The notes under the pieces were generated by a model. The model was not told where the DNA came from and searched no databases. It saw nothing but the letters and a program-made list of their open reading frames with translations. 64,000 nucleotides of DNA, taken from positions 186,001 to 250,000 of the forward strand of contig JBDOQK010000047.1 of assembly GCA_040437565.1 (NCBI GenBank), in the 5' to 3' direction. The position numbers and the translations under genes were made by a program. Below, piece after piece: positions 10,956 to 23,153 of the stretch (its first letter is position 1; each line of letters begins with the position of its first letter). This stretch comes from Albugo candida. Its lineage: Eukaryota.

Positions 10956-13900
10956 ATGCAGGAAGTAAAATCGGACTCTGCGATACCAAATGTGTCACGA
11001 GTTAGCATGCCTTTTCTGCCTTCTGCGTCAAGCAATAAGGAAAACAAGCATTCTGAGCAATCAACCCCTGCAGTAAAACCTATACACAGCAAGAATCAAC
11101 ATGAAATAGACACAGAATCACACAAAAATAGCGCGCTCCATCACGCTATTCAAGCCAACAAAATGACTAGTAGTGCCACATCCAGCACCATACAGCAGAA
11201 ACTGAACGATTTTGATGTCGTTTGGGCTAAAATGAAAGGGTATCCATGGTGGCCAGCGCTGTTTTTCTGGACCAAACAAGCGCTAGAAAAAGCTGGATTC
11301 CGCTCCTGTTTCTCAAGTGCGTTCGATTTCATCAGAATTTCCAAAACGACGTATAGTGATTCAAGTATACCGAAAGAGTGTCTAGTTTTGTTTCTCGATA
11401 AGTTCAACTTTAGCGTACTTTCCTTTTTGCCTGGAAGAACAATTCGGCCGTTTACGGCAACGTATGACTCGACTCTCAAACAATGTATGAAAGATCTAAA
11501 AATGAAGCGCTTTGTATCAAAAAGAAGACTCTTTTTCATTGCATTGAAAAAAGCGGAGATTTTGGTCCATTCAAGCAAGATGGAACTCGATGAAGACTGG
11601 AATGCCATCGAGGAACTCAATCTCAGTGAATGTCTCATGGATTCCTCGATACAAGTCAAAACCGAAGATAAACCCGAGAAGGCTACAAAGAAGGAGGTAC
11701 AGCCGAAACGGATCAAAAGGAAGCGAGATGCATCCAACACACCGATCAAGCAGGAAAACGTCGCGATAGAGGTATGTCCGGATGCAACAGTGAACTTCGC
11801 CTCATCGGAAACACAACTCGATGCAGAGATGAAATGCGCGGAAAAGAAAATTGAAGCAGAGGCTGTTTTTGTATCAGAGGCGACGGCTTTTCGACCGGAT
11901 ATTGCACCTTTGTCTACAATCTGGACGATCGATAACGTCCAGAGCTTTCACACGAATAGCCAAGATGTGGTCTGGGACAGCAAAGTGTACATTGAAACCT
12001 GCAAGCAGAGTTCTGCAGAGATAGAGGAGAGTGTTCCTGCGACCAAAAATTCTCGAAATGGAAGAGAGGATGGACGAGCGTGCAGAAAGAATGCTTTCAA
12101 ATTGCAACAGTTGCGGCAGGCTCTTCGATCTGGTGATCTAAACCCTCATACAATGGTACAATGTACTGCTTATGCTGATACAAGCGGCGATAGAGATGTT
12201 GAGGAGTCTCCGTTTCGAATTGTTGTGCATCCGGACGTAGTTTTTATCTGCGATTTACATGCACACCTGGCAACTTGTGAGATAATTGGGTTTCTAGCTG
12301 GTCGGTGGGTCGAGAAAACGAAAACGCTGTATATCCAGGCCGCATTTCCCTGTCGATCATTGACCGTTGATGGTGACGATGGAGCGACGGATGTTGAGAT
12401 GGACCCGGAAAGTGAACTTCTTGTCCGTAATATCATCACACAAGTGAAGCTAGAAGTCGTGGGATGGTATCATTCCCATCCAACGTTCGCTCCTGATCCT
12501 TCCGTCAGAGACATTGAGAATCAAACAAGCTATCAGCATCTCTTCCAACGTGGATGTCAGCTTCCAGGACCGTCTCAGTGTTTGTCCCTACCCGCGTCAG
12601 CAAAAGCGAGTAAAAGTACCTGGACTTGTGTTGAACCTTTTGTCGGTTTTATCGTTGGAACGTATGACCCAAAACGCAGCAATCCTGTGAGTTTATTCAG
12701 ATACTTTCACACTCGTGCAGACGACTGTACCTCGACATGCACCACATCCCAGAGCATTTGTCTTCCTTATGAGTTTCTACCCAGTATTCCAGTCCACTGT
12801 AAGGTCCTTGCAGAGGAAAATCGGCAAAGGCTGCTACAAGCGACAATGTATCCAAGTGTATACAGGAACTTATTCCCTTTTCGACAACTTCAGCTCGTTC
12901 CTTTGATACAATTGAATGACGAGTCTTCACGGACGAGGAAATCGACAGCCAATCGCTCATTGAAGCAAACCAAACGAAGTGAATTGAAAAGCGCCCGACT
13001 GAATAAAAGACCACCAAAACGTAATTTATTGCTGCCAGATTCGAAGCAAGACGCCGGAAAAAGACTAAAAGAATCACTGAAACGACCGCTGCAACAAAGT
13101 AAAAAAGAAAAGGTCGAAAGCGAAACGACGGTAATTGTGATCCTAAGAGACCGAGATACAGCCTCATCAGTGGTAAAAGACGACTCCCAGTTGGTTTCAA
13201 AGGATCTTGGAGATGGTCATGCTGATCAGATACTAAATGGAGTTAAACAGAGCAAGCCAAATTGTCTCAAAACTTCAATCCNNNNNNNNNNNNNNNNNNN
13301 NNNNNNNNNNNNNNNNNNNNNNNNNNNNNNNNNNNNNNNNNNNNNNNNNNNNNNNNNNNNNNNNNNNNNNNNNNNNNNNNNGTCGAAAGCGAAACGACGG
13401 TAATTGTGATCCTAAGAGACCGAGATACAGCCTCATCAGTGGTAAAAGACGACTCCCAGTTGGTTTCAAAGGATCTTGGAGATGGTCATGCTGATCAGAT
13501 ACTAAATGGAGTTAAACAGAGCAAGCCAAATTGTCTCAAAACTTCAATCCAGTCTCACGAAAGGAGCAAGTGTGATCTCAATTCCAAGCCGTCCTTGACG
13601 GAACCCTCGAGTGAATTGGCTGTGCAAAAGTCTGATGGTTCAGCGACTTCAGAGCTTGATGCTGAAGCCACAAAGAATGCTTGTGATCTACTTGACGAAC
13701 GAAAAAAGTCACCATCAGAAATTCTCGTTAGTGCCAACAATACCCGAAAATCGGATAGCGTAATTGATCCGGGAATGAATGAGAAAATGCGTCACGACTT
13801 GAGTCGGACCAATTGCGGGAACAATCTGAAACAACTAACAGGTACTCAAATGGACGGTTTGGCGAAGAATATGATAATTGCAAACATTTCTGGAAGAAGA

Positions 13901-14746
13901 CGGAATCGCAAGGCATCTCGACCCATAAAGAGAGTGATTGATCATGTGGCGCCATCCATCTCCAAGCCATCCGAGCCGCATTTCGTCGTGTTCGATGAGT
14001 CATTGTATCAAAAAGTATCGGATATCATCCATGTAGACGCTAACGCTGTATGCAGACCTCAAAAAGTATCGTTGAGCGGTTCTTATCGATCGACGGATTT
14101 CCAAATTGAAGCCGCAGTGGTCAAAGACGAAAGTCCACAACGAACGGGAAAACCGATCTCAGACAGCCAAGCGGTAGCAACGATAGAAGCACCTTTAGTA
14201 CCCGTTCCATCATCCGAGCTTCATCTCCCATTGCAGCACAATCCTTCTCGGGAAGCAGGAAATCACCCAAGTATATCTCCAGCCGATCGTAAAAGCAGCA
14301 CTGATTGCACCCACGAAAGAGATCGAATCGATGGTAGAAGACCTCAACGCAGGAGTTCGGCCAAATACGGCTCCAAATTAGGACGCTTGCATGATAAACG
14401 ACACCAACATCTTCACTCACTGCGAACCCGTTACGGCGAAAGTATTCAAAATTGCGTCGAACAAGTTGTGGCTCTGATTGATTATTACTGCAAGTTTGGT
14501 CGTCGCACAGAACTGCACCAAATCTGGAAATCACGAGTCACCAAAATTGAAAAGCTTGAGATTTCGTTGATGGAAAATGTAAAGAAATTGAATCTCCCAG
14601 TGGATTTGCGAGTTGCGTTCGTTAAAGTAGGTTGGCTATTGCTCATCCTCCGATTGATCCTTCTTACATTCGTGTGCTCGTGGTAGGATGTCATCGCGTA
14701 TCTGTCGGTATCGTGGGATGCACATGATCAGAGTAGCATGTGTTGA
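10956..14746 (+). CDS. PWWP + MPN/JAMM domain protein (MPND/MYSM1-like putative deubiquitinase)
   Basis: PWWP: VVWAKMKGYPWWPA. JAMM: EIIGFLAG...VVGWYHSHPTFAPDPSVRDIENQ, with E, HxH and D intact. The C-terminal LIDYY...WKSRVTKIEKLEISL resembles the MPND tail. Overlap 13113-13281 = 13382-13550 splits the ORF. Intron 14627-14686, stop at 14746. Confidence 0.85.
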
Positions 14747-14772
14747 TTGCCATCAGCCAAACAGCTTGGACC

Positions 14773-16485
14773 TCATAGAATGGAAAGTTCTTCCTCATAC
14801 TTGCTAGCGCGTCGTAAGATCGACTTGGCTATCCCTGCGGGATTTGTTCCCATACTTGATTTTTTATGCACAGTATCGGCAGTGGAGCGGATGGAAGTAG
14901 GAGGCGTATCTTTGTAAAAATCACAATATGCCCATTTTTGGCTGAAACAAAGCCGCTGGTTGCGACCATACACGCCACGTTCTCCTGCATCTACCTCGAC
15001 GATCGCGTTCGTACCTATCCTTCGAGCATGTCCTTGAGATGGATTGACAATTCCTGGTGGCTCCGTCCGCACGCGTTCCTCCCGTTGGCTCGGAACAGGT
15101 TCCATAGTCGATTCAAGTGTGGGTCTGATCAAGTCTTTCAAGGCGTCTCGTTCAGCACGCTTCTTTCCTGCCAATTCCAAGCCAGGAACTTTGAGTGTGT
15201 GTTTCGGCATCGACGGAGGTGCTGTTCGACGGCCACATTGCAATTGTATTTTTCCATTTGTTCTTTTGTTGATACTCAGTCTGGACAGCCATTTATTCTT
15301 GATCCAGCGCGCAAGTTCCCGGACACAAATTGGAATCTCCTGCACATTCGATTTGGCCACAAGCATGATAGTGCGTCCAATAGATGCATCAAGAATAACC
15401 CTGGGAGACGGCACTGGCAACATTGCGATGATCTTGCAGCGAATGATGAGAAAAATGGGGTCAAAAGACAATGTCTCTCGTACCTTGAGAAGGTAATAGA
15501 TTCTATCAATTTCCAGTACACCGCGTTTATTGTGCAAGCATGCTCCTAGCGCGTGATTCAGAACGTGCAAACCTGTTTCCTCGGTGAATCGTCGAATGGA
15601 TGCGATATGTTTCATATCTCGATTATTCAGAATGCTGATGAGCGCATTACATTGGCTATGATCTGAATACGACTTTAGAAACTCGAGCAGTTCTTGTCGC
15701 AAATGTCCAAGAGCGATTGTACGGCTTGAAAGCGGCTGAATAGATCGGAATGTTGCATTCGTTTCTGTGGGCTTCTCAGTCGATTCCTCGTGCGCTGTCT
15801 GTGTGGCTACATTTTCTGGCCGACAGATTCTGACTTGTTTGGTCTCGGAATCAACCGCTTGTGAAGTTGTGACGATTCCTTTCGATTTGTCTTTAGTATC
15901 GGCAACTTGGATCGATTTTGGACTATTCGATCCAGAAATGAATCGAATCGATCGCTTCTTAGTTGTGAGCGCTTTTGTGTGCTTTACGTGCTTATCTGCT
16001 TTTATTGGACAACTGCGAGACACATTGCTATCTTTCTTACCCTTGAGCATAGCAATCATATTGTCAATGATCTCATCCTCTTCCATTTTCTCTTCCTTCC
16101 CATCGGGAAAATGCACCACGTACACGTTCTCATACGGCAAAAAGCATTTCACAACCCCTTTCGTTTCGCTGTTTCTTCGAACAATACAAAGGCCGACATA
16201 ACGTGAGGAAGTGTCATGGAGAGCCTCAATCTGAAAGTCGCTTTTCTGCTTGATTATTTGAAACTTTGCGTGCATTGCGATTATCTCACCACGAGTGTAG
16301 AATTCCAACCCAATTTTTGGTATGTAAATTGTATAGCGATCCCATTTCGAGTCATATCGGGTGATCCAGCCTGTAATTCCTTGCTCTTTTGATTTGATCA
16401 CACGTGATCCCACGAAACCAAACTCATCTCGCTGCAGGTTCATCCCGTCGCTGGTCAGCGATGTGACTGGTATAAAATGCAGCAT
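14773..16485 (-). CDS. protein with two N-terminal Tudor-like modules and a TFIIS-N (LW)-like helical domain
   Basis: FVGSRVIK...GWITRYDSKWDRYTIY and YVGLCIVR...GVVKCFLPYENVYVVHFPDGKEEKM resemble Tudor beta-barrels. LPVPSPRVILDASIGRTI...VRELARWIKNKW resembles TFIIS-N. Probable in-frame 51-nt intron 15483-15433. The real start may be the ATG at 16443. Confidence 0.65.
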   Translation of the reverse strand: MLHFIPVTSLTSDGMNLQRDEFGFVGSRVIKSKEQGITGWITRYDSKWDRYTIYIPKIGLEFYTRGEIIAMHAKFQIIKQKSDFQIEALHDTSSRYVGLCIVRRNSETKGVVKCFLPYENVYVVHFPDGKEEKMEEDEIIDNMIAMLKGKKDSNVSRSCPIKADKHVKHTKALTTKKRSIRFISGSNSPKSIQVADTKDKSKGIVTTSQAVDSETKQVRICRPENVATQTAHEESTEKPTETNATFRSIQPLSSRTIALGHLRQELLEFLKSYSDHSQCNALISILNNRDMKHIASIRRFTEETGLHVLNHALGACLHNKRGVLEIDRIYYLLKVRETLSFDPIFLIIRCKIIAMLPVPSPRVILDASIGRTIMLVAKSNVQEIPICVRELARWIKNKWLSRLSINKRTNGKIQLQCGRRTAPPSMPKHTLKVPGLELAGKKRAERDALKDLIRPTLESTMEPVPSQREERVRTEPPGIVNPSQGHARRIGTNAIVEVDAGERGVYGRNQRLCFSQKWAYCDFYKDTPPTSIRSTADTVHKKSSMGTNPAGIAKSILRRASKYEEELSIL

Positions 16486-17970
16486 GTAACGGATCGCTGT
16501 TTTTTAGGAGTAAGCGCTTTAAGAAAAAAAGAAAAAGAGTTTTATATATTGCGATTCTGTTAGCGCTTTTGATGATTTAGAAATCTCAGAGCCAATGCGG
16601 CAAAAAATCTGAAAATTAAAATAAACGCTATTGAAAGCGATAAATTGCGTGTGATGTCATCGTGTCGGAGGTTAAAAACGGTCTCTGCATACTCTTTCGT
16701 CGTCATGTGCTTCATATCTAAAGGCGCTTTGATCAATTTCGCACATCCAATATCTGTGGGCGATTGGCATTTTGAAAAGATTAAGGCTCCGATCACCGCC
16801 AATGGATACCGATGAGGTGTGATGACATAGAACCACTGATAGATACGAGGAATCTCGTGTGCTGGAGGATTGAATCCGAGAAACAAAAAACAAATGGTNN
16901 NNNNNNNNNNNNNNNNNNNNNNNNNNNNNNNNNNNNNNNNNNNNNNNNNNNNNNNNNNNNNNNNNNNNNNNNNNNNNNNNNNNNNNNNNNNNNNNNNNTC
17001 GATCCAGAAATGAATCGAATCGATCGCTTCTTAGTTGTGAGCGCTTTTGTGTGCTTTACGTGCTTATCTGCTTTTATTGGACAACTGCGAGACACATTGC
17101 TATCTTTCTTACCCTTGAGCATAGCAATCATATTGTCAATGATCTCATCCTCTTCCATTTTCTCTTCCTTCCCATCGGGAAAATGCACCACGTACACGTT
17201 CTCATACGGCAAAAAGCATTTCACAACCCCTTTCGTTTCGCTGTTTCTTCGAACAATACAAAGGCCGACATAACGTGAGGAAGTGTCATGGAGAGCCTCA
17301 ATCTGAAAGTCGCTTTTCTGCTTGATTATTTGAAACTTTGCGTGCATTGCGATTATCTCACCACGAGTGTAGAATTCCAACCCAATTTTTGGTATGTAAA
17401 TTGTATAGCGATCCCATTTCGAGTCATATCGGGTGATCCAGCCTGTAATTCCTTGCTCTTTTGATTTGATCACACGTGATCCCACGAAACCAAACTCATC
17501 TCGCTGCAGGTTCATCCCGTCGCTGGTCAGCGATGTGACTGGTATAAAATGCAGCATGTAACGGATCGCTGTTTTTTAGGAGTAAGCGCTTTAAGAAAAA
17601 AAGAAAAAGAGTTTTATATATTGCGATTCTGTTAGCGCTTTTGATGATTTAGAAATCTCAGAGCCAATGCGGCAAAAAATCTGAAAATTAAAATAAACGC
17701 TATTGAAAGCGATAAATTGCGTGTGATGTCATCGTGTCGGAGGTTAAAAACGGTCTCTGCATACTCTTTCGTCGTCATGTGCTTCATATCTAAAGGCGCT
17801 TTGATCAATTTCGCACATCCAATATCTGTGGGCGATTGGCATTTTGAAAAGATTAAGGCTCCGATCACCGCCAATGGATACCGATGAGGTGTGATGACAT
17901 AGAACCACTGATAGATACGAGGAATCTCGTGTGCTGGAGGATTGAATCCGAGAAACAAAAAACAAATGGT
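15927..17970. repeat. assembly overlap duplication (15927-16898 = 16999-17970) around N gap
   Basis: The same ~970 bp appears on both sides of gap 16899-16998 at a constant offset of 1072. It creates false second copies of the ABCG 3' end (16560..16886) and the Tudor-like gene 5' end (16793..17557). Confidence 0.9.
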
Positions 17971-20900
17971 GTTAACCAAAGTGCCTGTGAGCGCTGCCAG
18001 CTCAACTGTAGGCACCGCATACGCGATGAATTGGCCCATATACGTTGACAGGAGTAAATGTAAAGTGATTGCTAGCCAGTAGATCGATATATCGCCATAG
18101 GTTGTAAAGCCAAGTGCCGGAGAGAATATCGCGGTGTACAAAAGTGAGCTGCAAAGTACGTATGGGAGTTCCGCTACTGTCGAGCCAACAAAATACCACA
18201 ATGCATTGTACGTTTGCGAGGAGCGTTCTCTGTAAAATGGCGACAGTTGGAATGACGCAAATGGAAGGACACCATTGAATGCTACGATGCCGAGAAAAAA
18301 TGATGAAATAAATATCACACCGATACCGGAATTGATTTGCTGGAACGTATCCAGTCGGAATGTTGAGAAAATTGTGGCAAATGTCATTGCTAAAAACATT
18401 GTTATCACCAAACGGGTCAAATTGTACGCTGGAGTGCGGTAATACATTCTGATAAATCGAAGCACCACAAAGCGCATCTGCACGAGCGAGGATGCCGCAC
18501 GCTTGTTCTTGAGGTCAAAGGTAGTCGAGTTTTCCGCTGGTTGACCAACTCCCGCAATAGACAGTGTTTCGTCGAGAAATCGCTTTCTCTCACTTTGTTT
18601 GTAAATCTCAACAAAATCAATGGACGGGGTGTCGGAGCTACTTGTTCCAGCACCGATACATTCCAGCATCCAAGTGGCTGGATTATAGCCTGGTGGGAGC
18701 TTTTGGACGCCGTTGATCGCTTGAAAATGTCGAATTAATTCACTGCANNNNNNNNNNNNNNNNNNNNNNNNNNNNNNNNNNNNNNNNNNNNNNNNNNNNN
18801 NNNNNNNNNNNNNNNNNNNNNNNNNNNNNNNNNNNNNNNNNNNNNNNCCACAAAGCGCATCTGCACGAGCGAGGATGCCGCACGCTTGTTCTTGAGGTCA
18901 AAGGTAGTCGAGTTTTCCGCTGGTTGACCAACTCCCGCAATAGACAGTGTTTCGTCGAGAAATCGCTTTCTCTCACTTTGTTTGTAAATCTCAACAAAAT
19001 CAATGGACGGGGTGTCGGAGCTACTTGTTCCAGCACCGATACATTCCAGCATCCAAGTGGCTGGATTATAGCCTGGTGGGAGCTTTTGGACGCCGTTGAT
19101 CGCTTGAAAATGTCGAATTAATTCACTGCATTCGCTACCGAGTGCACCAAAGTACACAGTCTCACCTCCACGCTTGAGTAAGAGAAGATTGTCAAATAAG
19201 CTCAAAACCTTATACGATGGCTGATGGATGGTACATATCACTGTTCGCTTAGTGTTGGCGACGCGACGAACTCCGTCCATGATAAGCTTGGCCGCACACG
19301 CGTCTAGCCCACTTGTTGGCTCGTCTAGAAACAGTATACTGGGCTGGGCCGCGAGCTCCACGCCGATTGTCAGACGCTTTTTCTGCTCTACAGAGCTACC
19401 TTGAATAAGTCGGTCTGCAATGTTTTCCATCCCCAGTAGCAATAGACACTCTACAACAGAATCGCGCTTCATTTCGTCAGACACATCGCTACTTTGACGA
19501 AGAAATGCACTAAATGTCAGAGCTTCTCGGAACGTCGAAGTCTCAAAGTGAGTGTCCAATTGCTCACAGTATCCAGTAACTCGATGAATTACGTGATTTG
19601 CAACTTGGCAGCCATTTAATAAAATCTCTCCAGAAACGGTTCCTCGAGTCTTCCGCCCAGCAATCACATCCAATAAGGTGGTTTTACCGGCTCCTGATGA
19701 TCCCATCAATGCGGTCATTGTCCCTGGCATCGCGTATCCAGAGATTCCGCGAAGAAGTTCAATCTTTCTTTTGGATGATCTTGGATCATTCACAGAGTAT
19801 CGCAAATCCTTGAACGCCAATGTGATGGGAGTGAAAATGTCCGTGTATGGAACATTCACAACAGATTCATTGTGAGAATTGGCACATTTTGAAGACAGCT
19901 CGTTGGACGGCGTTTGTATATCCGGGTAGCCCATACATTCATCACTTTGTAGCTCTTTTGTCTTTGCACTGAGAAATGTTTCAAACTGACATAAAGTCAG
20001 TGCCAAGTAAGTGAGAAATATATTGAATATGGCGTAAACGACCAAAACGATCATTGTGTAGTAGATCCATTCGCGTGCAGACGGCACCTCTGCCACGCTC
20101 AAGTAATACTGACCCAATGTCTTCCCAAATTGCTTGCAGTAGTCAATATCATGGAAGACGCAAATGTCATATTGAGCGCTCCGATACTGAAGCACAGCCA
20201 ATGCTCGAACACTCCATGCGATAGGATTAAGCCAATAGATCCATACCAAGTAGATGGGGATAGAGCCTCTTGACACAATAAATCCGGCAAACAGCACCAA
20301 TAACATGATCATAACCATTGCCAGAGGCTTGGCGATGCTCGGATCAGCTGTTGCTGACGATAGGAATGTAAACAACGTGGAAAATGAAATGTGCGTGAGG
20401 ATCAAAATGATCAAATAGAGCATGAATGTCACAACTTCTCGCACCATACCGCATACCCAGTAAATCAAACTTCCATAAAAGACACTCTCCACAATTCCCA
20501 CTGGAATTTGTGCCACGACGACAGAGAAAACGTATGCGCCAGTCTGATAAAAATTCGATCGTCGTTGTCGATAAAAAACTTGTCGTGCTCGCATATGAAC
20601 TGGAATTAGAGGAACATGCGTCAGCGCAAGGAACATAATCGTTGCGAAATAAATCCCCAATGAAATTTGAATATGAGTTGGATTCGATGCATCGTATGCT
20701 GTGCTATTGAGCACACCAACCAGTGTGGTCATCAGACATTTGCCCCGTATCATTCCAGTGTTTCGTATTAGTAAGAGTGACTCACGTTTGGTCAACGTCA
20801 CAATATTCGCAAAGAAGGAGTTGCTGAATTCCGGCAGTGCTTCAAAAGAGTTTTTACTGACTTGACGATTTGATGCGTTCAACTGACGCATGATGTGGGC

Positions 20901-21983
20901 GTAATGTGAAGATTTGCGAAATGCGTTTGCGAATTCAGACGCAGTCATTGGAATCCGGGAATCAATGCTTGTCACTTCGTATTTTCGTTGCTCCGGGGTG
21001 CAAAGATCGAGCAGAAAATCTGCGAAATCCCGATGTGGAAGACATAGAAGACCCAATGCTGCGAAATATCTTGGTGCGTCGACACGCGGTCCATGGTATA
21101 TAGTTTCTCCATCATTAAGGAGAATGATTTCATCAAACAATTCAAACACTTGGGGAGAAGGCTGTTGGAGGGCAACCACAATTGTCCGATCATGCTCATG
21201 AGCTATGCGTGCATAGTACTGCATAATGTCCATTGTAGCTGCACTGTCCAGCCCAGCACTTGGCTCATCCATCATAATAACCTGACGAAGTCCGCATTCC
21301 ATCTCTGCGATTGTGAGACGCTTACATTCTCCACCGGAAAGCCCTCTGAGCATTTGATTGCCAACAACAGTATTTTTACAGTTATCAAGCGCGAGCCGTT
21401 TGATCACAGAAAGAGGATCGAGTGGAAACGCACTTGGAGCACTAGCACTATGCGACTGTTTTGAAGACCATGTAAAAGAACGCGAAAAATCCAAAGTCTC
21501 CTGTACCGTTAACGTTGGAAAATGACAATCGTTTTGTGATACATACGTAACGATCTGAGGAAGCTTTGCTTGCAGTATTGCTCTGCCGACTCCATTGTAA
21601 GTGGGCTCACCTCGCACTTGTGTGTTACTCTTCTCAACGAATCGACCACTGAGGTATTTAAGCAAACTCGATTTTCCAGAACCAGGATTCCCCAGCAATA
21701 ATGTCATCGTTCCCGGCTTTAAAACTCCACAAAGCCCATTGAGTATCGTATGCTGCTGGACTCGCCGATTGGAGCACTGAAGAAATGGGCGTACAATAGG
21801 ACTCCATAATGTAGTCGTCTCCTCCACTTTCACGATCTCTCGAGAAGCGATCGTGAGATCCTGATACCGGATCTCGACACCAGATCGAGTCTCATTTCTG
21901 ACAATTTCGACTTCGACCCGATTTTCCTGCCGATATACAGCCGAATTGGGTCGAGTCGGTGAGCTTGATTCTCGCTCTCGCAT
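17632..21983 (-). CDS. full-size ABCG / pleiotropic drug resistance (PDR) transporter
   Basis: NBD1-TMD1-NBD2-TMD2 order. Walker A GNPGSGKS and GSSGAGKT; signatures GLSGGECKR and SVEQKKRLTIGVELA; LDEPTSGLD; CTIHQPS; NPATWMLE; FYRERSSQTY. Split by the gap and overlap at 18465-19130. Confidence 0.95.
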
Positions 21984-23153
21984 TCTGTTTTTGCAAAAGT
22001 TACAGGGTTTGAACGATTCATGATCGAACTGCACTCCTTTTGTACGACACCTCCACGTCCATCACCTTTTCCATTCGATAAGGGTTTCGTGCTTTCTTTC
22101 AATACATTTGACCACGGAGAACCATTCTTTTTTATTTTAGTGCCACACCACGCCGCCTACTTTGTGCTCTGTGAAAGAAAGTGATTTGCAAGCCAATCGA
22201 TGTTGGACAATACGATTGGAAGTATTAAAAGCAGGAAGCTGTGCTACTTTCTAATGACAATGCGAATGTAATGTGCAACTTGTTCGCTACACAATCAACA
22301 AATTGCTCAGATCGCTAACGTGGTACTTGATTACGGTCTGAAAAGTATAGTCGACATTTAGAAATCAACGCGATTAGAATAGAATCTGGCTATGGATTAG
22401 AGTCGATGGCGCATTCACTTGCTATGCTTAGTAATAGAACTGACTGAGTGTAATGTATATATGATACGTCCTACTGTGGAAGCACCGACATGTCAGTCAC
22501 TTGATTTGTTTTTCCAAAATAGAAAATTCACGAGATCAATCGCAAGAACGATTTATCATGTCATTTGATTGCGATAAAGTATAAGCAGAGTGTCAAATAC
22601 AAGCAAGAGATGTGATTACGTGCTGTCCATCTGTCGTACGTAGCGTACATCCTACTCGCCTAGATGAGATGCGGATCAAGTTAACATCCGAGTAGTGAAT
22701 TCATTCTGTCTACATTACTAGTGTATCGACTTAACGCGCTCTTCGATCTCTCTATCTACACACACGACTAAAAGCTCATCCATCATATCGCTTCATTAGT
22801 GTGGTGTATCTAGACACCTACCTTCCTTGACAAAAGTTCTGACCCCGCTGCTACCTTTCGAAAAGCACGAGCCTGTACCCTTTGCCCAGCTCTANNNNNN
22901 NNNNNNNNNNNNNNNNNNNNNNNNNNNNNNNNNNNNNNNNNNNNNNNNNNNNNNNNNNNNNNNNNNNNNNNNNNNNNNNNNNNNNNNNNNNNNNCCTGTA
23001 CCCTTTGCCCAGCTCTAAACGCATTTTTCTTCCGTGATTTTTTAAAGAAAGTATACAATCAGTCCATTGTCATACATTCCCAACAGCATCTTGTAGCAGT
23101 ACTCTACTGCTCTATAGTATTCCAATCAAAGGGGAGTGCATAAAATCGACAAT

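Noticed and set aside
16560..17557. Apparent tandem duplication of the ABCG 3' end and the Tudor-like gene 5' end
   Set aside because: The same sequence lies at a fixed offset on either side of a 100-N gap; assembly overlap.
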